Below, piece after piece: positions 20,002 through 33,600 of a stretch of 64,000 nucleotides of DNA. A program made the position numbers and the translations under genes. The DNA is taken from assembly GCA_963851445.1 (NCBI GenBank), contig CAWKPH010000001.1, forward strand, positions 425,363 through 489,362, written 5' to 3'. Within the stretch, counting starts at the first letter, position 1. Each line of letters starts with the position of its first letter. The notes under the pieces are model-generated. The model was not told the origin of the DNA. It was given only the letters and a program-made list of their open reading frames with translations, and made no database searches. This DNA comes from an uncultured bacterium (lineage in GTDB: Bacteria > Patescibacteriota > Minisyncoccia > Phycocordibacterales > Phycocordibacteraceae).

Positions 20002-21135
20002 ATGGATGAATTGACTCTTGATGGCGAGACGTACGTCTCGTCAAAGCGGGCTGCGAAAATTACAGGCTACGCCAAGGATTATATTGGTCAGCTTTGCCGA
20101 GAGGGCCGCGTTAAGGCTCGACAGGTAGGTCGTAACTGGTATGTTCTTGAATCATCAATTCGCGAACACCGTTTTGGCGACGATTTAAGGGATAAAGCTG
20201 AATCTAAAACGCCAAAGGTGACTTCTGGGCACTGGGAGCAGCCAAAATACTCCTCAGAATCAGTTTCTACGCTGCAGACAACTGAAAAGGTACTTCGCGA
20301 AGCCGAGCCGGTCTCGTACATTCTCCAAGAGAAGCATGAAATACGCTCTGAAATGAGCGTATTTCCGCAATTTGATTCACAAATAAATACAGCTACCGTA
20401 ACTTCTACAGTGAACCAACTCGCTGCAGATTCTTTCGCAGGTGCCACTCAAATACCCACAGCGCACGCACTTTCAAAAGAGATTACTGATTCTACAGTGA
20501 AAGAAATGCATTCAGTATGGAAGGACTGGTTCGATCACAAGGAAAGTGGCCTCTCAGCCGCGCCAATGGAAGAAATTATGTCTGAGGACACGAAAACAAG
20601 CGACATACGAGAGACTACAACGGATTCAGAGCACGAAGTAGAGAATTTAGCTGAAGAATCAGTGCCAGTTCGTATCATAAAGGCCACTGAAAGCCCCCAG
20701 GAGACCCTTGAAGAAGAAAGTAGTCCTATTCACATGGATAAAATCCAATCGGCCTCTAATGAAAGATTCGAGGCTTCCAGTCAAAGACGGGAGCCATCAT
20801 CAATACACAGATCATACTACGCTCCACCACCCACCAGACAATCGAGGGCATTTGACTCCGCAAAAGGATATGTAGATTCTACTTGGGAATCAAAACTAAA
20901 TGAGATAGGCTCATATTATCCGGGTGCTGACTCCGTTGGACGCAGGAAAGATCTGGTGGTGAAGAAAACTAGCATTCTATGGGGTTCGATACTCATAATG
21001 ATTTCAATACTATCAATTGCCGTTGCTGTGGTTGGCTCAGGTTACGCAGACCCGTTTTTAACCAAGAGTGCTCAAAAGTATCTTCCTATACAGTATCTCG
21101 TTGGGGAGAGTTCGCTAAAAAAACCAATTAATTAA
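20002..21135 (+). CDS. membrane-anchored protein with N-terminal HTH_17-like (excisionase-family helix-turn-helix) module, acidic low-complexity middle and C-terminal TM helix
   Basis: N-terminus SKRAAKITGYAKDYIGQLCREGRVKARQVGRNWYVLESSI resembles the HTH_17 consensus. TM helix ILWGSILIMISILSIAVAVVG near the C-terminus. N-terminal module is paralogous to that of the next gene. Confidence 0.5.
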   Translation: MDELTLDGETYVSSKRAAKITGYAKDYIGQLCREGRVKARQVGRNWYVLESSIREHRFGDDLRDKAESKTPKVTSGHWEQPKYSSESVSTLQTTEKVLREAEPVSYILQEKHEIRSEMSVFPQFDSQINTATVTSTVNQLAADSFAGATQIPTAHALSKEITDSTVKEMHSVWKDWFDHKESGLSAAPMEEIMSEDTKTSDIRETTTDSEHEVENLAEESVPVRIIKATESPQETLEEESSPIHMDKIQSASNERFEASSQRREPSSIHRSYYAPPPTRQSRAFDSAKGYVDSTWESKLNEIGSYYPGADSVGRRKDLVVKKTSILWGSILIMISILSIAVAVVGSGYADPFLTKSAQKYLPIQYLVGESSLKKPIN

Positions 21136-21656
21136 ATATATTTCGTCTCGTTTAAAGCATAATTTATACATTTTGTGGTCCTAAATTAAATTTTCAAATC
21201 TAAAAATAAAATATTTACATTTTTATCGGAGAGAAATGCCTTCATCTAACCAAATATTAATTTCTGCTCTGCATATTCAATATAATAGGTAGATCTAATA
21301 GCAAAGAAATTCTTAACATCTACTGATCTTCATTGAATTTGGGTTCAGACATTACTAAGTAAATCATCATATTTTTCAATTTATGGGAAAATTTTAGATT
21401 CCTTACGGTCTCTAAAAACATTTTTACTACTCTGGGAGCTAAAAATTAAAAAAATCCTCTCTATATTTTCGATCCGGTAAATTTCGCGGATGGACCTCCT
21501 CTCTCGCGGACACAGCTTAAAAATTTTCCATATACCACTCCAAAAATCGCTTTTGTTATCCACAGACCATTTTTTTAGAGAATGTAAAAAATAGCTTAAA
21601 ATATAAGTAATTCGGTGATCCGACTTCCATCCGACTTGACATGTACCTTTAATGTA

Positions 21657-24600
21657 ATGAATCAGATTTCAGAAAAAAATTTAATCTCAACGCGCCAAGC
21701 ATCAAAATTGTCGGGATACAATTCCGACTATCTTTCGCGCATGTGCCGCGAGGGAAAAATTGAAGGAACACAAATTGGACGAACCTGGTTGTTGTCGCAA
21801 GAATCTCTTGAAGATTTTGTAAGAAAGCAATCTGAGAGGAGACAGGAAATGCGCAGTTCGCTTTCGGAATCTCGAGAGAAGGAATATTACGAACGCAATA
21901 CAAGCGAAATTACGCCACTTCCCAATTTAGTTGTTCAGACCACAAACAGCGAGAAGAAGCAAATAGTCCAATTTAAATGGACTGATTTCCAAAAGAGTGG
22001 CATAACATTGGTTGCAACTCTACTGTTGCTTGTGGTCGGGCTTTCGTTGTCACAAGTAAAAGCATTTACGAGGATAGGATCAACTGTACTTACTGGAACA
22101 TTCCAAACTCACAACGGTCTCCATGATATTGCTGCTACTGCGCTTTCATCCGCACATGAATCTTCGGCTAAAGAGTTTGCTGCGAATATTTCGACAGAGA
22201 GAAAAGCATTTACAATTTTTGGATTCACAGCCTCGAATAGCGACGAATTAAGTGTTGCGAAATCTTTTGTTACACCGCTCTTACCACTTGCTCTAGAAGA
22301 AACAACGAGCACAAAAGCAATATCGAATTTGTCGCCGGAACCTCTTTCAAGTTCGAAAGCGTTTGTCGCAATGTCGGCTAGTGTGATGAGCTTACCGTCC
22401 GATATGATTGCGGCCGTAGTACCTGTTGCGGAATTTGCGATCACCAATCCGACCATTGCATCACGGGACGTACTAGGCACAGGCCTACTTGCATATGCCG
22501 AAAGTGGCGTATATGTCTACACAGCAATCCAAGGCGGATTGAATTCCTATTTGGATGCAATTCAATCGACAGGAAATGATGCACTCGCACTCGGTACGAT
22601 GGTGAGCAACATTGGCAGCGAATCTCCCTATTTCCTTGCGGGAAATGAAATTGCAATTGCCGAAACATATTCGAGAGACGTCCACGACATGTTGAATGGC
22701 TATGACAATGGGATATATGCATGGGTAAATGAATCTCCGAGAGTCGCACTCGCAATCTCAAGTGGTACCTATAAGGTTGGTAACACACTTGCGACGATCG
22801 TCGGAAACGCACCTGCTACCATCGTGAATGGATATCAGAAAAGTTCTGAAAATGTTGGGAATCTCGCGTACGGAACCATTTCTTCAAGTCATCAAGTCGT
22901 ACACGATACGGCTAAGAACCTAGCTGTATCTGTGGGAGCTTTTGCTAGCAGCACAACACAAAACGTCACGCTTACAGGTAAGGGAGCTCTTCAGGAAGCG
23001 GTTGGTAATACCAATGTTATAGGCGCTGGCACAGCACAGCTTGCCGCAGATATCGCAAGCAACACGTCCAACTCGCTACGAGTACCAGTCGTACACTCTG
23101 CCAATGAAGTAGCGGCTGTCGTGGTCCCCGCTTCGTTTAATGATTTTGGTGCACAATTCGCGGTCTTTTTACACACAGGAGTGCAAGATCTTTTCAATGA
23201 GACCAACACCCTCATCGCACTACTTCTTGGTTCATCAAATCCACGTCTTGCAGTCGTCCCAACAGTGCTTACTATTGCAGAACCAACAGGCTCGAAGAGC
23301 TCATATTCAACTCCTGAATACATAGGAAATACCGTTACGTCTACATCAATTACATCGTCAGTTCCATCGAGCAGCGTAGCCAACTCGACAAGTCAGTATG
23401 AGACCACCCCAACCTACATCATTGAACAGCCGATCACGAACATAAATGGCGTCTCGCAAAGTTATGTCGACAACGCGATAAGCAACCTTCGCGGTTTCGT
23501 GACTGAAGATATCGAGGCATCGATGAATGGACAAGGGGGAGGAGGCGGAAATTCCGGCGGTGGATCAATCTCATCAAACGGAGCAAATCTTACGAATGGA
23601 ACTCTTTCAGACTTTGCAATCGCTTCAAGCAGCTTCAATGGCGGAATTATTAGTAGCTCAAGTTTTAGCGGAGGTCCAATCTCAGCAACCATACTCACTG
23701 CTGGCACTTCAACTTTCACGGGACCAGTTACAACGAATGGCAATCTTAATGTAGGTGGCACACTTACTGCGAACATACTTAACGTTGCGAACCTCTCATC
23801 AGATGCAGGACTCATAGCTCCGTACATTGATGCGACCTCCACGACCGCAACATCGACATTCGGAGGCGATGTATCAATCGGCGGTAACCTAAATGTCATT
23901 GGGAATACGACACTAGGCCTAGCAAGTTTTACGAATGCAACTGGCACGAATCTTAATCTCGCAACGCTCACGGCAACTAACGCTACCGTCGGTTCACTCA
24001 ACATAGGAAATCTGAATGGATTTCTTAAGGCGACAGCAGGTGCGATCTCAACATCGCTCATTAACCTCACCGCAGATGTGACTGGAATACTACCAGTTGG
24101 TAATGGAGGAACAGGAAGTTCTTCGTATTCAACAAACGGAGTCATCTACGGAAATGGAACAAACGCCTTGCTTACAACAGGTCAAGGTGGAGCGAATACT
24201 GTGTTGATTGCGAACAACGGTGCACCTTCCTTCAGCAGCGCGATCACCGTCGGAACGAGTGTTAGCTCGCCAATCATAAACGCCACCAACTCCTTCGAAA
24301 TCAATGGCGCTAACATCAATACAGCGGGAGTTTTAAGTAACGTAGCGTATCTAAACCAAGCAAATACGTACTCCCAGCTGCAAACATACAACGACGGCAT
24401 CTCCGCAAACGCAATCTCAACTCCTTCACTTACGGTTGGCTCGCTCAATGGTCTTTTGTATGGCAGTAGTGGGGTTGTGGCAGCGGCGAGTGTCTCCACG
24501 CCACTTACTTTTACCGGAGGAGTGCTTGGCATTCAACAGGCCAACCTTTCGCAATCGGGCTATCTTGCGAGTGTCGATTTCAATACTTTCAATAACAAGA

Positions 24601-27600
24601 TTAGTTCTTCGTCACTTTCAGGAGGTACTGGTATTTCATACAGCCCTTCAACGGGTGTGATTGCAAACACTGGTGTCGTCTCACTCACCGGCACAACCAA
24701 TCAAATAAATGTTTCAGCTTCAACAGGAAGCATCACTCTCTCACTTCCTTCACAACTTACACTCGCCAATGCCTCAACAACAAACTTCAGTGCCAACACG
24801 CTTGCCGTTGGAGGAACGGGCACTACAAGTATCTCAAGCACTGGTGCACTCACTACCCCCTCACTTACAATCGGTTCTCTCGGCGGTCTTTTGTATGGAA
24901 ACAGTGGAGTAGTCTTGAGTACTGCAACCTCCTCCCTCGCTGTCGGCACTGGCCTCACCGTTAGCGGAGGGTCTCTCGGCTACCAAGTGGGAGGCACGAA
25001 TGCGACCATCGGTCTCGCGGCAATCTCACAAGGTTTTCTCGGGAACATTGGTAGTGCATCTGCCGTACCGACTGTACAGGCTAGTTCAACTTTCTTTACA
25101 GGCTCTACAGGCCAAGCAGCATACTTCGCATCTTCAGGTGGTCTTGTCGGTACATCAACAATCACAATTGGAACGAACAGTGATGTGGGCATCGGTACCA
25201 CATCCCCAGGTTCACTTTTCTCCGTCGGTGGTAATGATTTGATTGGCGGTAACGAAACAGTTACGGGGAATGTCACTTTCTCAGGTCTTGGCGCAGGATT
25301 TGTACAATCAAGTGCTTCGGGACTACTTTCATCAGCCGCACTGACCTCAGGTCAAGTTACTACGGCTCTAGGCTTTACACCATTTGGCGGTACGAATCCG
25401 CTCCCCATAGCAAACGGGGGGACCGCTTCAACGAGTGCTGTAACAAATGGTCTCACGTACTTCAACGGCTCCGCTCTTGAATCAGACAACACTCTCACAT
25501 GGAACCAAATACAGCTTGGCATGAATACATCGCCGTGGTTTCAGACTAACGGGACGACTTATTTGTATGCCTCATCGACAAACTTCGCCACCGTTTTCGG
25601 CATCGAAGCAGGTGGAGCCGAGGCCACCACCACTGCAACATCATACGCTGAGGTTGCCATTGGGTATAAAGCTCTTGCCGCTAATACCACAGGAAATCAG
25701 GACGAAGGCCTTGGCTACGGGGCTCTCGAGTCCAACACCGCCGGCGCTGGTAACACCGGTATTGGTTACGACGCTCTGGCTAGTAACACCGTTGGGGGTA
25801 GTAACGTAGCCGTTGGTGATGATGCTCTTGGTAGTGGCTCGGTAGGTGCGAGCGGTAACACTGCTATTGGTACTAGCGCGGGTCTCACTGTCACCGGCTC
25901 ATGGAATGCTGCTCTTGGCCTGGATGCTGCTGAAAACGGTGTGAGTGCCAACACAGCCATAGGGTATCTAGCTCTTGGTAGTGGGACGGGAGGCTTCGCA
26001 AGCAGTACTGCCGTTGGATACCAATCTCTCGACTCCGACACCACTGGTGCAGGTAACGTCGGTATTGGTTATGACTCACTCTTCTCCAACACCACTTCAG
26101 CTTCTTCAACAGCTCTTGGTAGCTACGCACTCTTCAAAAACACGGCGGCCGATAACGTCGCCGTCGGTAACGGAGCGCTCTATAGCAACACAACGGCGAT
26201 TGGTAACGTTGCGGTCGGCTACAGAGCACTCTTTCTCAACACAACAGTCGCTTCCTCAACGGCTATTGGTAGCTATGCGCTCTATAACGCCGCTGGTGCT
26301 GCTGATAACGTAGCCGTTGGAGGTGGTGCTCTGTTTGGAGGCGGTGGTGTTTCTGGAAATAACGTAGCCGTTGGTTATCAAGCTCTCACCGCTGGTACTG
26401 CCGCAGATGATGATACCGCCATTGGATCCGGTGCTGAAACCGGTGGGGGCACTGTGAATACGGCAGTTGGATATGATGCTCTCCAAAATAACGGTGGCAA
26501 CGATTATAATACGGCTGTTGGAGGTCAAGCTTTCCAGAATGGCACTGGGAGCGGAAACACTGTTCTTGGGTATGAAGCACTATCACAAGCTGGTGGCGCA
26601 AGCTTCAACACTGCCATCGGGTATGACGCCCTTTTTTATGGAGCACTGGGTCCTGGGAATGTTGGCATTGGGGCCAATGTTCTCCAGGCAAATGGAATAG
26701 GTAGCGGTAACACCGCCATCGGGTTTGACGCTGGTTTCAACAGCACTGCAGCGTCTTCGACGCTTATAGGAAACAATACAGGTTACAACATCACCACGGG
26801 TAATGACGACGACCTTCTTGGACTCCAAGCTGGTTACAACCTTACCAGCGGTTCAGACAACATCGTCATCGGCGACAACAGTGCTTCCACTACAAATACA
26901 GGTTCAGGAAACATTACGATAGGGTATGACATTTCAGGGCCACAGGCTGCTAACAATGGAAGCAATGACCTCGACATAGGTAACCTGATTTATGGCACCG
27001 GCCTTGGCGCACAGGCTTCTACAACCTCAAATGGCAACATTGGTATTGGAACAACCACCCCATCCACCACCTTCTCAAACAGTGGAAACGAATACATCGT
27101 CGGTGGTCTTGGTGTTGGCTCAGTCAATACCACTGCAGGTTCCATCTATGCGGTAGGCACCGCAACCGTGGGCAACCTCATCAACAAAGGTCTCACCGCA
27201 AACGATCTCATCTACACGAATGGATCCGATCAGGAGACTTCGGCAAGCGTTTCCTCACCGCTCACGTTCAGTGGTGGTACTCTTGCGCTCGGTACGGTAG
27301 GACAAGCGAATGGTGGCACTGGTTACACAACCTACAACCCAGGAGATATACTTTATGCGAACGGTTCTGGCAATCTCCAAACTCTTCCAGTTGGCAGTTC
27401 AGGCCAGGTACTTGAGGTTGCTGCGGGCCTTCCATCTTGGGGAACGGTCACAGTAAATGGTGGTGGCAGTGGCGATGGTATCTTTGCAACCTCAACTGGT
27501 ATCATCTACCCACTTAATACCGCAAACACTCTTATCGTTGGCAGTAACGCAACATCGACGAAAAACAGTATATTTGAAGTGCATGGGCAGGAATATATTT

Positions 27601-30600
27601 CGACCAATCTCGGCATCGGTACCACTTCTCCGTCCACGAACCTTTCGGTACAAGGTAACGAACTCCTCTCGGGAAATCTCACCGCGGCAAACATTACCGC
27701 CACAGGCACTGTGACCGTCGGAACTCTCGCGCTCACTAGCGCTCTCCCAATTTCAAGCGGTGGTACTGGCACTACTACCGCTCCCTTGGGACAACTTCTC
27801 TATGGAGGCGCTTCGGCATATCAATCGGTCGGCACTTCTTCAATCACTAGTGGTGCTGGTATTAGCTTCACCGGAACTCCGGGTGCACTAGTTGGTGGCA
27901 CGCCACTCACCATCACTAACAACGGTGTCCTATCACTTGCACAATCATATGGATCAGGACAAACTGGTGCACTTACCTTAGCCACTTCTTCAGCGCTTTC
28001 TTTCAATGGTCTCACCTTAGGACAAACCATCACCAACACCGGTGGCACTTTCACCTTCACGCCAACCTTAAGTGGCACTCTTAGTAACACCGGTCTCACT
28101 AACTCGTCGATAACGATTAACACAGCCGCAGGACTTACCGGTGGTGGCACCGTGGCTCTTGGAAGTACTCTTACGTTGAATGCGGTAAGCACCAGTGGAC
28201 TCGGGGGTTGGAATTATATTCCTGGCGGCATCTACAATTCCACCTCAACTGATCAAGTCATGATCGATGAAAGCGCCACTACTTCGAATGCTGCTCTTGA
28301 TGTTGGCGGATTCATCAATACTGATGAATACCATGGTTATGAACAAGGAGGGAATTTACTTGCGTACGCCTCGAGTACAACAGGCGTTACGATTTTTGGT
28401 TTGGGTGCTGGAGGGACGGACGCTATAAGCACCGGTCTTTACAACGATAACACCGCTATCGGATATGAGGCGCTTAATAACAACGCGGGTAGTGGTAATA
28501 ACGCTCTTGGCTACCAGGCTCTTTATTCCAACATCGGCGGTGGTGAAAACGTTGCGAATGGTGCGAGTGCTCTTTATGATCTTCAAAACGGCTCATACAA
28601 CCTAGGCGAAGGATATCAAGCCGGACTAGGTCTTATCTCTGGTTCTCGAAACGTTCTCATTGGCCCCTCAACAATTAGTGCTTCGGAGAACCAAGTCACC
28701 ACAGGCTCAGATAACATTTCCATAGGCAACGATGTCGCAATTGCTTCATCCACACTTTCCAATCAGCTTGATATAGGAAATGAAATCTACGGCACAGGAT
28801 TAAGCGGCACCGGTACGACAACCTCAAATGGCAACATCGGCATCGGCACCACTAGTCCATCCACCACATTCTCAAACAGTGGAAACGAATACATCGTCGG
28901 TGGTCTTGGTGTTGGCTCAGTCAATACCACTGCAGGTTCCATCTATGCGGTAGGCACCGCAACCGTGGGCAACCTCATCAACAACGGTCTCACCACCAGT
29001 GACCTCATCTATACAAACGCTTCTGACCAAGAAACTTCAGTGGGAACCTCCTCCCTCGCAGTTGGCACGGGTCTCACCGTCAGTGGAGGATCTCTCGGTT
29101 ATCAAGTAGGAGGTACTAGCGCAACCATCGCTCTTGCCTCTATTCCAAATGGTGACGTCCTTGCTAACGGCACTGGTGCAAGTGCTGCACCAACGGCAGT
29201 GGCAACTTCAACGCTGTATGGCACTGGTACCGGTGGTCAAATCCTCGCCTGGAACAATGGAGTACCACAGTGGGTGGGTACCTCAACCATAGCCGGAACA
29301 AACTACTTCACTAATTCAGGTGCCTCCACCTATCTCTCTACAGGATATAACCTCGGTATAGGTACAACGACACCATTCTCTAGCCTTTCGGTCTCAACTA
29401 CGACAGCATCCGCAGGAACATACTCGCTATTTGCAGTTGCAAGTAACACAAATGCAACACTTTTTAATGTACTCGGAAATGGAGACGTGGGTATTGGAAC
29501 AACCAGTCCATCCACCACCTTCTCAAACAGCGGGAACGAATACATCGTGGGTGGTCTCGGCATAGGTTCAGTGAACACAACCGCAGGCTCGATCTATGCA
29601 ACAGGAAATGCAACCGTGGGCAACCTCATCAACAATGGTCTCACCACCGGCGATCTCATCTACACAAATGGTTCTGACCAGGAAACCTCCGCCAGTGTCT
29701 CCCTGCCGCTCACATTCACTTCCGGAACACTTGCCATCAATCAAGCCGGATCACTTAGCAGTGGATACTTGAGTAGTACAAATTGGAATACCTTCAACAA
29801 TAAACAAAACGCAATCACCCCTGGTACTGGCCTCTCATTCACAGGGAATACCCTCAATTCAATCTTCACGTTAAGTGGTAACAACATATACAACAATTCG
29901 GGAACCAACCTAGGCATCGGTACCACGTCTCCAGGTCAGACACTCGGTATTCAGGGCAATGGTCTGTTTGCAGGAAATTTACAATCCACGAACCTCACCG
30001 CCACCGGCACCGCAACCGTGGGCAACCTCATCAACAACGGTCTCACCACCAGTGACCTCATCTATACAAACGCTTCTGACCAAGAAACTTCAGTGGGAAC
30101 CTCCTCCCTCGCAGTTGGCACGGGTCTCACCGTCAGTGGAGGATCTCTCGGTTATCAAGTAGGAGGTACTAGCGCAACCATCGCTCTTGCCTCTATTCCA
30201 AATGGTGACGTCCTTGCTAACGGCACTGGTGCAAGTGCTGCACCAACGGCAGTGGCAACTTCAACGCTGTATGGCACTGGTACCGGTGGTCAAATCCTCG
30301 CCTGGAACAATGGAGTACCACAGTGGGTGGGTACTACCACTGCAGGTACAGGTCTCACCTACAACCAAGGCTCCCCAGGCAACTTCAGTGTGAACACCTC
30401 ACAAAACATCTCAACCTTATCAAACCTCACCTCCAATGGCTTCGTCATAACCACCGGAGGAACCGGAGCACTCTCTATACAAGCTTCACCAATTACGCTA
30501 GCTGAGGGAGGCACCAATGCCACCTCCTTCACAACGAGTGGCAACGCTGTCTACTACAACGGCACCTCATTAGTCACTGCTCCTACAAACTCAGCGGTCA

Positions 30601-33600
30601 CGATTCCGTATGCTTCAACGACTGCATTCTCAGCAGCTAACGGAAACATTTCAGGAACACTTGGTATTGGTACCACCTCCCCTTACGCCGCTCTCTCGAT
30701 ATTTGCTGGGGGCAACTATGCTGGACTCGCACCTGCAACACTTTTTGCTGTCGGTTCCTCTTCGGCAGGAAATGCAACCTCCACTCTATTCAATGTCCTA
30801 AGTTCAGGGAATGTGGGCATTGGTACCACATCTCCATCTACCACTTTCTCAAACAGCGGGAACGAATACATAGTCGGCGGTCTCGGTGTTGGTTCGGTGA
30901 ACACCACCGCTGGTTCCATCTATGCAACAGGAAATGCAACCGTAGGCAACCTCATCAACAACGGTCTCACCGCAGGCGATCTCATTTATACCAACAATTC
31001 AAATCAGGAAACTTCTGCCACTGTTTCTTTGCCTCTCACCTTCAGTGCAGGGGGAGCACTTGCCATCAATCAAGCGGGCTCACTCGGTAGCGGTTACCTT
31101 AGCAGCACAGACTGGAACACCTTCAACAATAAACAAAATGCAATCACTCCTGGTACTGGTTTGTCATTTAGTGGCAATACCCTCAACAACACCGGCGTTA
31201 CCTCGATTGCTACTGGTAACGGAATCACAGGCGGAACGATTACCACTACGGGCACTATTGGTCTTGCAACCATCAATGCGGGTGTACTTGGTGCAGTTAC
31301 AAGTGGTTCTGTTCCTACATCTCAGGCAACCTCAACGCTTTATGGTCTAGGAATAAACGGTTATGTTCTTTCAGAAGTTGGGGGCACCCCAACGTGGGTT
31401 GCGACGACCACACTCTCGACTATTTCAGGAACACTCAACCTTTCTAATCAGGTCAGCAATACTCTTGGTGTCGGTAATGGTGGCACTGGTAATTCCTCAG
31501 TCGCTGACGGGGCACTTCTATTCGGTGGCCCGACGGGAGGCACAACAGCTCTTACAGCTCTCGCTACATCCACCGCAGGAGATTTCCTTCAACTTTCAGC
31601 AACAACAGGCCGTCCTAACTGGGCTGCAACACTCGGAATAGCTAACGGTGGTACTGCAACCGCCACGGCCGTCACAAATGGGGTGTACTACAACAATGGC
31701 TCAAGTGCAGAAGCAGACAACACTCTCACATGGAACCAAATACAGCTTGGCATGAATACCTCGCCGTGGTTCCAAACTCTAGGAAAAACATTTGTCTACG
31801 CCTCCACGACGAACCAAGATACCGTTCTTGGTCTTAACGCAGGAGGTAACAATGCCACGACAACTGCAACAGTTGAGAATGAGACCGCAATCGGATACGG
31901 TGCTCTCGAATCGGATACCACAAGTTTAGGTGCGACAGCCGTAGGTACAGGTGCTCTCAATTCCGACACATCAGGTAATTACGAGACTGCTGTTGGCTAT
32001 GATGCTCTCAATAACAACACTACTGGTGGTGGCGACTCAGCCTTCGGGTACGATGCTCTTTTCACAAGCGCAAACGCAAACTCTGCTTCTGACACGGCCG
32101 TAGGTGCTTTTGCAGGATATAAAGCCAATGAAGGAACTTCTGGCGGTAGCACCTTTGTTGGTAATGGTGCTGCTTTTAACAGTACTGGTGGAGTCAACAA
32201 TGATGCCTTTGGCTATCGAGCACTTTATAAAAACGCTGGTAACTCGTCCTCGACTGCAATAGGTAGTTTTGCCCTTTACAACAACACCGCCGCCGACAAC
32301 GTAGCTCTTGGTGGAGGCGCATTGTTTACGAACACGACGGGTTCTGGTGAAACAGCTTTGGGGTATCAAGCACTAAACTTAAGTACCGGCGCTAGTAACA
32401 CAGCTATCGGCAACTCTGCGCTTCTTGATAACGCCGCAGGAGCTAGTAATACAGCTATAGGTTTTGAAGCGGGCCAAGGCCTCACTACAGGATCTGATAA
32501 TGTTGCTATTGGAGCTAATACTTTTGCTTCTGGTAATGCGGCTGGTGCAGCCAATGACACAGCCGTTGGTTATCAATCTCAAACTGACACGTATGGTGAA
32601 GCCACAGGCAACACGTCTCTTGGGTGGGAGGCTCTTGCGGCTGGCAATAACGCTAACAACACTGCTATCGGCTCTGGCGCCATTTCATTTGCTGGCATCA
32701 GTAAACAACCAGGGCCAGGAAATACGGCTGTTGGATTCGATGCTCTTTATAACGCTGGTAATGCTGCTAGTCAGACTGAATCTTCCTCCACAGCTGTAGG
32801 TGGTTTTGCGGGATATAACCTAACATCTGGCTCAGATGATAATCTCTTCGGAACAGCTGCTGGCTACAGCCTTACCACAGGCTCAAATAACATCATCATG
32901 GGAGACTACACCGCCTCCACCTCAGACGTAGCGGGCTCAAACAACATCTATATTGGTTACGACATCTCAGGAAACGGTGCTCCTACAGATTCAAGCGACA
33001 ATCTCGACATAGGTAACTTGATTTATGGGACCGGTCTCGGTGCACAGGCTTCCACAACTTCGACAGGAAGTGTAGGGATAGGGACGACCTCTCCTTATGC
33101 TACTTTCTCCGTATTCGCAGGAGGCAATTATGCGGCACTCGCACCTGCGACACTCTTTGCCGTTGGCTCCTCCTCAGCAGGAAATGCAACATCCACTCTA
33201 TTCAATGTCCTAAGTTCAGGGAATGTGGGTATCGGTACTACCTCACCAGAATCTAAGCTCACAGTCACAGGTGCAGCTTGTATTTCTACAGGGAATGTTG
33301 GTGCTAACGCTTGTGTGAATACTCCAGGTAACATCAGTTATACAACAGCGAACACTGCCGGATACGACGTCGCAGAAGATTACGGTTCAGTAAACGCAAG
33401 CTCAACGGTGCCTGGAACGATCGTTGCGCTAGATACGCAAGTGGCTGGTGAAAGTATCGAAACGGCAATGCAGGGACAGACGATACTAGGCGTCGTGTCT
33501 ACGGCTCCAGGTATGGTACTTGGAGGTTCCCATGGTGGCGCACTCAAACTTTACCAAGTTCCCGTAGCGCTCTCCGGACGTATTCCTGTGAACGTAGATA

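Noticed and set aside
23462-24145. Long antisense ORFs inside the giant gene and in the high-GC phage region (for example 23462..24145 -, 37824..38318 -, 40328..40819 -, 42580..43155 -, 54599..55402 -)
   Set aside because: They are entirely nested in stronger sense-strand genes with recognisable motifs. Their translations are low-complexity (Pro/Arg/Ser/Val-rich), typical of spurious ORFs in repetitive or GC-rich coding DNA.
25600-33100. Highly periodic repeats that could be mistaken for a CRISPR array or satellite
   Set aside because: They are in-frame coding repeats of variable length with no constant spacer size, inside one continuous ORF. No cas genes present.
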